From a virus: a stretch of DNA of 64,000 bases. The stretch lies in the IMG/VR virus record IMGVR_UViG_3300032282_006516, positions 1-64,000 of that record. One strand, 5' to 3'. How positions within the stretch are numbered: the stretch's first letter is position 1; every line of letters starts with the position of its first letter. The notes below the pieces were generated by a model. The model did not search any database and was not told the DNA's origin. It was given only the letters and a program-made list of their open reading frames with translations. Shown here piece by piece: positions 8,776 through 17,753 of this stretch. The position numbers were made by a program, and so were the translations under genes.

Positions 8776-9189
8776 TCAGCGAAATCCAATCACGCGCATG
8801 ACCTGGTCGGTCAGCGTTTCATCAGCGTGCGCCACCTTGAGCGGCAGCCGACCGCGCTGGAGCATCGGAGAGTGCGGAGCGCCTTCGCGTGCATTCTCGA
8901 AATGCTCGCTCATCAGGGCCTGCTCCGCCGGAGACGACGTACGGGGGCTATCGAAAAGGCGCTCAAGCAGGTTTGCGCGCCCGTCCTTGGCCTCCCGCAT
9001 CACGGCCGAGCTGTAGACATCCGGGTAATCGTTCACACCGCTGGGGCTGGGGTCACCCCACTTGGCGTCGAGCGTTCCCGGCCGACGACCTGCATGCGAC
9101 GGCCAGAGGTTGTTGACACTGAGTTGCGTCGAATCCTCGTTGGTCTCCGCAGCATCGGCGACCTTACCCAGAAGTCCTTTTGCGCTCAT
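8776..9189 (-). CDS. Hypothetical protein with K-x-A motifs (GKVAD, LKVAH)
   Basis: ATG at 9189; the tracked upstream extension overlaps 9225..9590. Confidence 0.6.
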   Translation of the reverse strand: MSAKGLLGKVADAAETNEDSTQLSVNNLWPSHAGRRPGTLDAKWGDPSPSGVNDYPDVYSSAVMREAKDGRANLLERLFDSPRTSSPAEQALMSEHFENAREGAPHSPMLQRGRLPLKVAHADETLTDQVMRVIGFR

Positions 9190-9224
9190 GCACTGAGCGT
9201 AACGCCGCTGACGGTAGAAAGGAA

Positions 9225-9590
9225 CTACCGTCGCAGCGCCTGACCTAGACGGCTGAGTGGCTCTCGATACCGCTCCAGCTCTTTCTCCGCCTGCGCTCGG
9301 GCGTCCTTCTCCCGCAGCAAAGTTCGCCGTTCTTCGGCCAGCGTCTCTTCGAGAGCGCGAATCTTGTCGCGCATGCTGCCCATGACCTCCATGTGGAAGT
9401 CGTCCACGGTAAAGACGCGAAAGCCTTCCGTGAACTTCGCTTCGACGGCGTTCCAGACCTCGATGTCGTGGACAACGCCCGTGACCTTCAACTCGACATA
9501 GAATGTCCGCGTCTTGGCCGGGAACGAAACAGAAGAGCCTTTCAGCCACAGTGTGACGCCGGGGACTTTTTCATCGTGCTCGTCACTCAC
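9225..9590 (-). CDS. Hypothetical protein with C-terminal coiled coil
   Basis: 121-aa ORF coupled to the upstream gene. Confidence 0.65.
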   Translation of the reverse strand: MSDEHDEKVPGVTLWLKGSSVSFPAKTRTFYVELKVTGVVHDIEVWNAVEAKFTEGFRVFTVDDFHMEVMGSMRDKIRALEETLAEERRTLLREKDARAQAEKELERYREPLSRLGQALRR

Positions 9591-10173
9591 TCTTCACCAA
9601 CCTTTCAAAGAGAGTAGTCAGCGCATCGCGTGAGCTGCTGAACGCGAAAAACACGCCGAACAACAACTCACCCACACGACCGGGATTCGACGCGCCGCGG
9701 CGAACCTCGTCGATTAGTTGGACGTAAACGTCGGCAGCTCGCCGAAAACGCGGCAAGTCGTTGAGGTAGTGCAGGTCATCTGCACGACCCTTCGCCCCAC
9801 CGGACAGGCGGTACTCTGTCGACGAGATGATTGTAGACTCTCGTAGCGCCTTCGCGCCCTCTTCGAGCTTGTCTAGCTGTGCTGCTGTCAGCGGACTAAA
9901 GTCTTTTGCCGGCGGACGTGGCAGACACAACGCTTCCAACAGACGGTGGGTAACCGTGTGTACCGACCACGACACACGGCGCGAGGTCAGTGCTTCTTCA
10001 GGCTGCCCTGCTTGCTGTCGCGCTTGGTCTACGCGTTCTCGAAATCGCGCATCCGCGGTATATCCCGCCCCCGACTTGTCAATTTCGTACACCACGTTGT
10101 ACGCGGCGAGATACCCGCGAACTACGGGCTCTAGTTCTTCATCCGACACAAGCCTCCTGGAGAAGACAAACAT
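9583..10173 (-). CDS. Hypothetical protein
   Basis: 196-aa ORF with GGAGGAG RBS. Confidence 0.65.
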   Translation of the reverse strand: MFVFSRRLVSDEELEPVVRGYLAAYNVVYEIDKSGAGYTADARFRERVDQARQQAGQPEEALTSRRVSWSVHTVTHRLLEALCLPRPPAKDFSPLTAAQLDKLEEGAKALRESTIISSTEYRLSGGAKGRADDLHYLNDLPRFRRAADVYVQLIDEVRRGASNPGRVGELLFGVFFAFSSSRDALTTLFERLVKSE

Positions 10174-10202
10174 CTCCTCCAGGTTCTTGTTCCGCGTAAG
10201 CC

Positions 10203-11015
10203 TTAGATTTTACCTTTGAACGCGCCTGGAATCCCGATGCCGAAGTGCTCTCCCTTCGGCTTGGCGATGTCCGCAATCGAAGGGCCGGGCGGAGCCGTTA
10301 CCTTTGGCGCGCCAATGTGCTGTGTCTTGCTGAGTTGGCCACGCGGGGAAGAGACGTTTGCGTGTTTCTGAACTGCGCGGCTCAGGATTGGAGCACGAAA
10401 CGCCGGTATGTCGCTCTGTTGCCGGTGCGCGCCGCCAAACTGGCCATTCCAAGAAACGGCGGGCGACACGTCAGCTTGCTTTCGTAGTTCTTCGACAAAG
10501 ACCGCTAGTTGCTCCGTGGAGGTATCACGAAGTGCTTGCGCCTTCTTCTCTATCGCGCGCAGCTTCTCGTAGTACTGCGGGTCTTCGGTGAGGTGGTCCA
10601 TGGCGATGGAACGAGCAAGCGCATGTCGGCTCGTGTGCTCGTGCTCGATCTTCTCACCCGCATTGAGTTTCTTGGCGGGGAAATCACTTTCGGTCTTGTG
10701 CGCCTTCGACGCCAGGCCGCCAGGGAGGGCGGTAATCCCTCCCGCATTTTTCTGCACGGCGGTATCCAGGCGCGGCTGGCGCCAACCCGGTAGGTCGCTC
10801 GCCATCATGAAGTTGCCGCGTGTTGGAGCACTCGCAGCTTCTTTCACTGCGAACGAGCCGGTTTTCTGAACCGGAGCGCGCAGTGAAGGCACACGCATCG
10901 GAGGCAAGTCGCTCGCCCCGCTCAGAATGACCGGATTGAGAGGCGTTGAGTACTGCGACGTGGTGAACGCCGTCTTCGTCAACGCGCCTAGCGAGGCAAA
11001 AAGCTCAGAGCGCAT
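10203..11015 (-). CDS. Putative head internal protein with DUF5661-like domain
   Basis: GEKIEHEHT..IAMDHLTEDPQYYEKL; linkers TKTAF, VKEAA, EKKAQ, FVEELRKQAD, QKHAN. Confidence 0.6.
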   Translation of the reverse strand: MRSELFASLGALTKTAFTTSQYSTPLNPVILSGASDLPPMRVPSLRAPVQKTGSFAVKEAASAPTRGNFMMASDLPGWRQPRLDTAVQKNAGGITALPGGLASKAHKTESDFPAKKLNAGEKIEHEHTSRHALARSIAMDHLTEDPQYYEKLRAIEKKAQALRDTSTEQLAVFVEELRKQADVSPAVSWNGQFGGAHRQQSDIPAFRAPILSRAVQKHANVSSPRGQLSKTQHIGAPKVTAPPGPSIADIAKPKGEHFGIGIPGAFKGKI

Positions 11016-11017
11016 GG

Positions 11018-12475
11018 CTACTCCTGGAAAAAGCGCAGAAGCTCGTCCGAAAAACCGCCAAATTGCGCAGCTTCTTTCGACTTACCGAGAAGACTACGTC
11101 CCTTTGCGGCAAGACGCGCGGCGTCCTCCCGATTGTGCGGTGTGGGTTCGCCCCAAGCCTGCGCCGAGAGCGCAAGACGCGTCGGACGGCCCTTCTCGTC
11201 CTCCATCGGCCCGCGAGGGTTCGTGAAGAAGCGCGTGAGGAAGCTCCCCTTGCGCTTTGCTTTCTCGCCCGTTGGATTTTTCTCCTTCACGCCCGGCTTG
11301 AGGTGCGCACCCTCTTCACGAGCGAAGTGTGCCCGACCTGCCGCCGTCAACCCGCCGGTCGCCGCGTGCTGCTTGTCCGCGCCCACGGGGTTGCGCTCCA
11401 GCTCCGCAATCTTTTGAACTTCGTGTACGAAAGCCGCGTACGTCGCCGAAGAAATCTTGCTCTTGAGCGGCATCCCCTGAAGCGCTTCGTGCGAGCGGGG
11501 CTCGATGTAGGAGTGAACCTGAGACAGGTTCTCGTGCGCCGAGGTGATGTGGTCGCTCACCCAAGGCGGCAGGTGGTCGTTCGGGTGAATCGCCCGAAGC
11601 ATGTCGCCGGACATGTCCATCAAGTGGTGAAGACGCGAAAGCGTCATCCCGCCTTCCGGTTGCGGCTCCGTCGCCGAAGGGTCGTGCTGAAACTCCAGGT
11701 GTTCGGCGGCGCTTTTAACGCGCGCGGCAGTAGTATTCGGCACGATTTCCTTACCCTTCCGGTCGCCTTCGACCTTCTTCTTGTCCGTAGCGAGTTGCTC
11801 TTTCTTCGTGAGCGACTCCCACTTGTCCTTGGGAAGATACCGGTGCGTCACGCCACCACGCTCCGCCTTTTCGGGCGTACCGGGGCGCGTCTGCCAGTCC
11901 TGCTTCGTCCATTTGGCGAGGCTGTTCTTGGACGCGGACGGCTTCTTGCCAACGTACTTACCGCCCTCGGACTTGTACTTCTGTACCGCGAGCTGCGCAG
12001 CGCGGGCCGACCATTTACCGCCCAACTGCGCCTTGGCCTCGCTCTTGGCCTTCGACCACAGCTCGGGATTCTTCTTCGTCGCGACATCGGGCCCTTCGGC
12101 GGAAGCCGTGACCAGCTTGCCGCCCAACGGAGCAAGGCGGTCGATTCCCTTTTCCAGCCCCTTTTTCGCTGCCAGGTACGCTGCCGAGATGCCCGGAACC
12201 GGCACGGCCGTCATCGGAATCATCTCGGGATTTTCAATCAGCGCATGCGCCCCGCTCTGGAGCGCGCCACGAATCTTCGGGTTGGCGACTCGTGAGAGAA
12301 GATTCGTCGCCTTTGCCTTGAGCGGCTCCTGAACGCGCTGAAACGCCCCCTCTACACCCTGTTGGAGAGCCGCAAGTTCCTCTGGCCCGCGCTCACGCAT
12401 CAGAAGACGCGGCGTGTTGGGGATGTCTGTGGCGCCGAGGCGCACAAGACGCTCAAGAAGGGCCTGCTTGTCCAT
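11018..12475 (-). CDS. Modular putative head protein (DUF5872-like, EGGM..WVSDHIT and DUF6321-like modules)
   Basis: KWSARAAQLAVQKYKSEGGKY and RYLP; GGLTAAGR..LKPGV..RKGSFLTRF; ATG at 12475 in a TAATG overlap. Confidence 0.6.
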   Translation of the reverse strand: MDKQALLERLVRLGATDIPNTPRLLMRERGPEELAALQQGVEGAFQRVQEPLKAKATNLLSRVANPKIRGALQSGAHALIENPEMIPMTAVPVPGISAAYLAAKKGLEKGIDRLAPLGGKLVTASAEGPDVATKKNPELWSKAKSEAKAQLGGKWSARAAQLAVQKYKSEGGKYVGKKPSASKNSLAKWTKQDWQTRPGTPEKAERGGVTHRYLPKDKWESLTKKEQLATDKKKVEGDRKGKEIVPNTTAARVKSAAEHLEFQHDPSATEPQPEGGMTLSRLHHLMDMSGDMLRAIHPNDHLPPWVSDHITSAHENLSQVHSYIEPRSHEALQGMPLKSKISSATYAAFVHEVQKIAELERNPVGADKQHAATGGLTAAGRAHFAREEGAHLKPGVKEKNPTGEKAKRKGSFLTRFFTNPRGPMEDEKGRPTRLALSAQAWGEPTPHNREDAARLAAKGRSLLGKSKEAAQFGGFSDELLRFFQE

Positions 12476-14826
12476 TACCAACCCTTCCCGCTTGAATCCT
12501 TAGGAGGTTCAGGAGTCGCGACTTCAGGTGTGGGATTTTTCTTCCAACCATCACCCTCCACCTTCGTCTCCAGTTGCGCAATCTGGCGGCGCATGCGCTT
12601 CAACTTTTCCGCGTCGCGTAGTTCGTTGTGCGCTCGCACATTTTCAAGCTCATTGAGCGCAATCATGCGGCGGTACTTATCCAAGTAACCCGTACCAAGA
12701 GCGCCAAGCGCATGTGCGCCCGCCGTAGCTGCAGCTAGTCCAAGCGCCCTTTTGTTTCCCAGCAAGAGCGACTCCGCCATTGGCATCGCGCTCACACCTG
12801 TCCGTAGTGCGATGGATTTGCCGATAGTCTTCCAGTCCAGATTTTCCGCACCTTCGCGGAGTGCATTTTCTTTGGCCGGGGTCTTGAGTGCTTGTCGGGC
12901 CAAATCACGCCCTTCTGCCATAAGGTTAGACTGTCGGCCCTTTGCTATAAGATGACCGATTGCACCACCGGCAAGCCCACTGACCGCCGCCGCCGCGGGG
13001 TGCACTTGTTGCATCAAACCGGCACCAATTGCCACGCCTGGAAGCGTGTAGGCCAGCTCTGCCGCAACGCGCGGTTTCCACGAAGAGGAAAGCTCCTTCG
13101 AGGCCTCCGTCGTAGCAATCGCAGCCTTTTTCTCTTGATTAGGCAACAGCGCACGGAACTGGTTAATGAGGTCTTCCTTGCTCTTCGACATTTGAGCGAG
13201 GTACTCATCAACCGACTTATCCGGCTCACGCCCGACGAGTTTGTTACCTAGCCTCGTAAGCGTCCCTTCCGGGCGAGAGGCCAAGTAGTTCTCAATCAAC
13301 AACTTACGCTTTTCGGGCGGCAAGTCGGCATGGCTCATGTACCGCGCGCCACGCCCTTCCACCTGCTTGAGTTTCTCCGCATTCCAGTGCGGCTCCAGAA
13401 TCTGCATGAGGCGCGTGCCCTTGAGGTCTAGGCCCTCTCCTCCAGCTGAAGACAAGAGCAAGGTACGCAGCTTCCCTGCATTGTAGTCTTTGACGAGCTG
13501 TTCCCGCTTCTTGGAGGGCATGCTCCCGGTGAACTCACCGTAGGGAATCTTCGCCTCGTCGAGCCGGCGCTTGTAGGGGTCAATCCCCGCCGGCAGGTAG
13601 TTAGAGTAGACGACGGCACGCGACGTAGGGTCCTGCGCCAGAGTCGCCTGAAGGCTCTCAAACGCCTTTTGAATCTTCGGGTCTTCGGCCTTCGTTCCCG
13701 CTGGCACAAACGGCGCCGTGGTATTCGTCGCCTGTCGCGCCGCGCCCAAAAACGCGTTCAACTGTTGTGACTCCTGCTTACTCGGCGGGAGTCCACGCTT
13801 GACCTTGGCGGCAACCCAGGCAGGGGCTTGCCCCATAAGCGTGTCGTACACCTTGAGCTGGTCCGGCGTCATCGGCACGCGCACATCTCGGCGCTCGACT
13901 TCGGGAAAGTTTTCCGTACTTCCGGGGTGGAAATCTACCCACTTCTTGAAAACGTCTCGAAGCTCAGGTGCGGTCTTTTGGTAGAGAACCGGAACTACAC
14001 CCGGCTTGACCTTATTTTCATCGGAACGCACCAGGTTGGCGGCCCGCTGGAATAGACTCGGGTTTACCGCCTTCTCCGTGATGTATCGGCGCGTGAACTC
14101 GTCCTTGTCGTAGGGCAGGACTTTCGCGTCCGCGGCCAAGTCGATAAGCGGCGCGATGTCCGAAGGATGGTTGTAAAAAGGGCTGCCCGTAAGAAGAAGG
14201 CGCTTCTGACTGGTGTTTCCTTTGAGCGTCTGGAACGTCGCGGAACCCGGATCACGCGCACGGTGTGCTTCGTCCACAACCAAGAGGGGCGCCGTAGGAG
14301 AGACCCCTTTCGTCGCCATGTTCTGCATGGACATGAGCGACGCGGGAGGTGTCTTCCCCTTCAAATGCTTCGCTCGTTCTTTTTCGTAGTTTCCCAGAAG
14401 GGCCGCGGGCGCGATGACCTGCGACGGCTGACCCAGTGCATCCTGCGCGGCGATGCTGGTTAGCGTCTTTCCGGAACCAAGGCCGTGAACTACAAGAAGT
14501 CCAGGCTGATTCTCTTGCTGGATGCGGTCAACGACGCGTTGCTGGTGCGGCAGCAACGCCGTTGAGACTGCGGCAATTTTGCCTAGTTCATCCGTAAACC
14601 CGGCCAGCGACGCGCGCTTGCTGTCGGGGTTCGCCGTGTGTTCGTCGTCTTTAGGAGTGTCGTACTTGGCCTTTGCCGCACGACGCCCCTCTACGGTGCC
14701 GTAACTTTTTGGTGTCTTCCCGAGAGAGTGGCTCTGCTGCGTTGCGATAGCCCAAGCCTGGGACTCCGACATTTTCGGGTTACGCGCCATCAGATGCTGT
14801 GCACGGTCGTGAATCCACTTGGGCAT
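12475..14826 (-). CDS. SF2 (SNF2/D6-D11-like) helicase with N-terminal tag and C-terminal hydrophobic domain
   Basis: HGLGSGKT, VVDEAH, LLLTGSP, SSAGGEGLDLKG, ILEPHWN..QVEGRGARYMSH. Confidence 0.9.
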   Translation of the reverse strand: MPKWIHDRAQHLMARNPKMSESQAWAIATQQSHSLGKTPKSYGTVEGRRAAKAKYDTPKDDEHTANPDSKRASLAGFTDELGKIAAVSTALLPHQQRVVDRIQQENQPGLLVVHGLGSGKTLTSIAAQDALGQPSQVIAPAALLGNYEKERAKHLKGKTPPASLMSMQNMATKGVSPTAPLLVVDEAHRARDPGSATFQTLKGNTSQKRLLLTGSPFYNHPSDIAPLIDLAADAKVLPYDKDEFTRRYITEKAVNPSLFQRAANLVRSDENKVKPGVVPVLYQKTAPELRDVFKKWVDFHPGSTENFPEVERRDVRVPMTPDQLKVYDTLMGQAPAWVAAKVKRGLPPSKQESQQLNAFLGAARQATNTTAPFVPAGTKAEDPKIQKAFESLQATLAQDPTSRAVVYSNYLPAGIDPYKRRLDEAKIPYGEFTGSMPSKKREQLVKDYNAGKLRTLLLSSAGGEGLDLKGTRLMQILEPHWNAEKLKQVEGRGARYMSHADLPPEKRKLLIENYLASRPEGTLTRLGNKLVGREPDKSVDEYLAQMSKSKEDLINQFRALLPNQEKKAAIATTEASKELSSSWKPRVAAELAYTLPGVAIGAGLMQQVHPAAAAVSGLAGGAIGHLIAKGRQSNLMAEGRDLARQALKTPAKENALREGAENLDWKTIGKSIALRTGVSAMPMAESLLLGNKRALGLAAATAGAHALGALGTGYLDKYRRMIALNELENVRAHNELRDAEKLKRMRRQIAQLETKVEGDGWKKNPTPEVATPEPPKDSSGKGW

Positions 14827-14830
14827 GACA

Positions 14831-15193
14831 CTACTCTTGCGGGTGTTGGCGCATGTAGTCGCGCAGGTTATTCATCTCGACGTGCCGGTCCAGTGCCGTG
14901 CGCGCGATAGGAATCACGCTTGCACCGAGCGCACCCTTCGTCGCCGATGCCGCAATCGTGCGAAGACGCCGTCCCGGCCCACCCAAAACCCGAGACGGGC
15001 CGCCCTCAACCAAATCGGCAACCCCGCCGATTATCGGAGACGCCACCGCGCCAATTGCGGCGTAGCGCCCCAACTGCCCGAGCGTCGGCTTGCTTTTCTC
15101 CAACGACTCTAGGCGGTCCAGGGACGACCTAGCCTCTTCGTGGGAAACAGCCCCAAGTTTCTGCAGTTCATCGAGACAGGCGCGTACGTCCAC
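14831..15193 (-). CDS. Small glycine-zipper/membrane-type protein with LDELQKLG tag
   Basis: 120 aa; two hydrophobic Gly/Ala segments. Confidence 0.65.
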   Translation of the reverse strand: MDVRACLDELQKLGAVSHEEARSSLDRLESLEKSKPTLGQLGRYAAIGAVASPIIGGVADLVEGGPSRVLGGPGRRLRTIAASATKGALGASVIPIARTALDRHVEMNNLRDYMRQHPQE

Positions 15194-15196
15194 AAC

Positions 15197-16357
15197 TCAC
15201 CCCTTGTGCGTGAGGAGTTTATGAAGTTCGGGTGCAGCCAAAATACCAAGGCCGCCAACATCAAGCGCCGCGTGGGCACCCTCACCGAGCAGGCGTTTCT
15301 TTTCCCAACCGTGTGGGTCTTGGTCATGGCGAGAACGAAGTTTGGCCTGTAGCGTATCCAGCCCCGGAACCGCGAGGACACCAAGACCCGCCAACTCAAC
15401 CGCGTGTTCTCCCTTGGGAGAGGTGAGAGCCTGGCGGACGTTTTGTAGAACACCCGCCTCCTTTGCCCGCGCCTTCACAGCCGGCACATCACTACGCGCC
15501 GCCAGCTCGGGAAACTTCTTCGCGACGTCCTTGTAGACCTCGCGCTTCTCCGCCGGAGAACCGAACTGTTTCACCCGTGCGAGCGCGTTCGCAGCGTGCG
15601 CCTTGTCGTGAATCGGATAGGCCGGCTTGCCCGTATCCGACTGCTTGGCGCTGAGTGCGAAGTTCTTCGCCTTGATGTGTTCACGTCCGGTTTCGGTGAG
15701 TTCAGCGGCGGTCTTTTCAGGGTCTTCCCCCTCAGACAGCCTCTTCTTCTTGTTATTGACCGAACGCGCAGCCGCGTACAAGAGCCCACCTGCCGTAGTA
15801 ACGCCCGCTGTACCGCGGGCAGCGGTCACGGCGCTACGCTCCGCGGTGAGGTTTTTTTGTGTTTTATGTAGGGCCTCATTCATATGGCTGGCGGCCTCTA
15901 TGACGCGGTTAAAATTCTTGGGGTCTTTCTGATACGCATTTTGCGCAGCGCGTGCCACGGCTTCATCTCGCGTCGTATTCAGATGTGTAAGGCGCTGTCC
16001 CAGATTCTTCGCGCGTTCGCCCGTAAAAAGCTGCTTTACCCGTCCCAGCCCCTTTTCCTTTGCGAACGAGACAGCGGCCGCGGACTTCTCCGGCTCAACC
16101 GCCTTGTTGCCGTAAGTACGTGCGTGCCCAGCACGAAAACTATCAACCACAGAACTATTCCGAATTTTATGCGCCAGGTTCTCAACCGCACGATGCCCGT
16201 GTCCGGCCACTTGTCCCACCTCTTCGGCCAAGTTGAACGGACGCGATTGCGACAGGCGTTCTTTCACTTTTTGGGCAAGAGGCGCGTGATTCTCATTTGC
16301 CTCGGCAATCTTGTTCAACTCGTCGAGAAACGACGCCTGCACGATTTCGTAATCCAT
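15197..16357 (-). CDS. Putative head protein with FLDELNKIA tag and DUF6582-like domain
   Basis: ATG at 16357; REHIKAKNFAL..YPIHDKAHAANALARVKQFGS. Confidence 0.65.
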   Translation of the reverse strand: MDYEIVQASFLDELNKIAEANENHAPLAQKVKERLSQSRPFNLAEEVGQVAGHGHRAVENLAHKIRNSSVVDSFRAGHARTYGNKAVEPEKSAAAVSFAKEKGLGRVKQLFTGERAKNLGQRLTHLNTTRDEAVARAAQNAYQKDPKNFNRVIEAASHMNEALHKTQKNLTAERSAVTAARGTAGVTTAGGLLYAAARSVNNKKKRLSEGEDPEKTAAELTETGREHIKAKNFALSAKQSDTGKPAYPIHDKAHAANALARVKQFGSPAEKREVYKDVAKKFPELAARSDVPAVKARAKEAGVLQNVRQALTSPKGEHAVELAGLGVLAVPGLDTLQAKLRSRHDQDPHGWEKKRLLGEGAHAALDVGGLGILAAPELHKLLTHKG

Positions 16358-16371
16358 CGCCCGCACTCCTT

Positions 16372-17217
16372 TCAGGGCTGCGCGTTCAAAAACGCCGCAA
16401 CAGTATTCGCTACTTGAGAGTTGTAGGTCTGCCGAATCGACAAATCCTGCTCGATTTGAATGCCCCAAGAAGAGGCGCAACGGTTCGTGATGTTCGACGG
16501 AGAGTTTCCTTCGTACCCGCTCGCCGCCGACGCCAGGGCCACGGTCTTACCGGGCACGACGGGAATAAGCGCCGCTTGAAGCGCTGTTTTCACTGCGAGA
16601 GGTGCCGACCCACCAATCAAGATGCCAGACTGGGAGAAACCGTGAAAAGAAACGGCGTACTTCGCCTTTCCTCGTTCCACGTTCCAGTTGTGAAGTAGAG
16701 GCCAGGAGTTGATGTCGATGTCCGTGCTCGTGATGTGGTAGCGGTTGTACGCCCCACCACCAATTCGACGACCGACGCAGTACCAGTAGTTGCAGTTCAG
16801 CGCGAGGGCCGCCGTCAGCGCCTGCGTATCCACACCAACTTCAATCGCCCCGCCATGCGGAGCGATAATCATGTACTTGTTGGACTGCCCCTGGGTTGCG
16901 TACTCAATGATGTCGTCGTTCGGGTCTACCCCCGGCGCCGACAAACGGTTTGGTGCTGGGAATGTAATCGAGCCCGCCGCGGGGGCGGTCAGTGCAGCAA
17001 AACGCGACACCGCCGAGGCGTCGATGTAAAGCGAGTCATCCTTCGACGCCTCCGAGACGGTGAACAGAACGAAATCGGCGGGCGTCGTAGAGCCGCCCGT
17101 GTTTACACGGACTTGCTTGCCCAGCGCCGACGCGGGTCCTGCGCACCGTTCCTTCTTGCCGACAATCGTAGGGTACGTGCCGTTCGACACGCGGATTGTA
17201 GTTGCCACGCCCGCCAT
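16372..17217 (-). CDS. Poly-gamma-glutamate hydrolase-like protein (PghP/DUF867 family)
   Basis: IIAPHGGAIE, YHITSTDID, AVSFHGF, ILIGG, EGNSPSNITNR, GIQIE motifs. Confidence 0.8.
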   Translation of the reverse strand: MAGVATTIRVSNGTYPTIVGKKERCAGPASALGKQVRVNTGGSTTPADFVLFTVSEASKDDSLYIDASAVSRFAALTAPAAGSITFPAPNRLSAPGVDPNDDIIEYATQGQSNKYMIIAPHGGAIEVGVDTQALTAALALNCNYWYCVGRRIGGGAYNRYHITSTDIDINSWPLLHNWNVERGKAKYAVSFHGFSQSGILIGGSAPLAVKTALQAALIPVVPGKTVALASAASGYEGNSPSNITNRCASSWGIQIEQDLSIRQTYNSQVANTVAAFLNAQP

Positions 17218-17243
17218 CTGCTCGCTCCTTCCACGTCCTCAGA

Positions 17244-17753
17244 CTAGGTGTGCTCGGCGGGCGAGTTGAACGCCCCGATACCCGTCGACTGCTGCCCAAG
17301 CCCCGTCACCGTCGTTGCGTTGTCACGCTGGTCGTAGCGGTCAACGACGTTCGAGTCGTCCTTGCTCGGAACGTCTCCCTTGCGCCGGGGCTTCTTCGCC
17401 TCCTGATAGGCGAACGGCGACTCCCCCGTTGGGATGGGAGGAACGTCACCGTAGATGTAGCCGAGCTTCTGCCCGACCGCGATGTTGTCGACCGTGCGCG
17501 TCGGCACCTCACCGGGGCGCTTCGGGAGCTGCGCAGCACCTGGGTCATCTGAGCTATCGCCGCGGACGTTTTGAGGATTGCCCTGGCTGTCGGCCTGCTT
17601 CCAAAGCGTGCCGTCCTTCTCCTTACGAAGAAGCGTGTCGACGCTCATCGGACGAATCCCCGAACGCGCCTTCGGGATGTTCATCGCTCCGTGAGAGGCC
17701 GCGATCTTCGTCAGCTCATCGACAAAGCTCGCAAACATCAGAGACTGTTTCAT
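17244..17753 (-). CDS. Putative head internal protein with FVDELTKIA tag
   Basis: ATGA overlap at 17750-17753; low-complexity body. Confidence 0.65.
   Translation of the reverse strand: MKQSLMFASFVDELTKIAASHGAMNIPKARSGIRPMSVDTLLRKEKDGTLWKQADSQGNPQNVRGDSSDDPGAAQLPKRPGEVPTRTVDNIAVGQKLGYIYGDVPPIPTGESPFAYQEAKKPRRKGDVPSKDDSNVVDRYDQRDNATTVTGLGQQSTGIGAFNSPAEHT

Noticed and set aside
15197-16480. Upstream start extensions in the ORF track (e.g. 16480, 9549, 17924, 32211, 35314, 36528, 44413, 47642)
   Set aside because: They overlap neighbouring genes. Internal starts with an RBS or stop-start overlap fit better.
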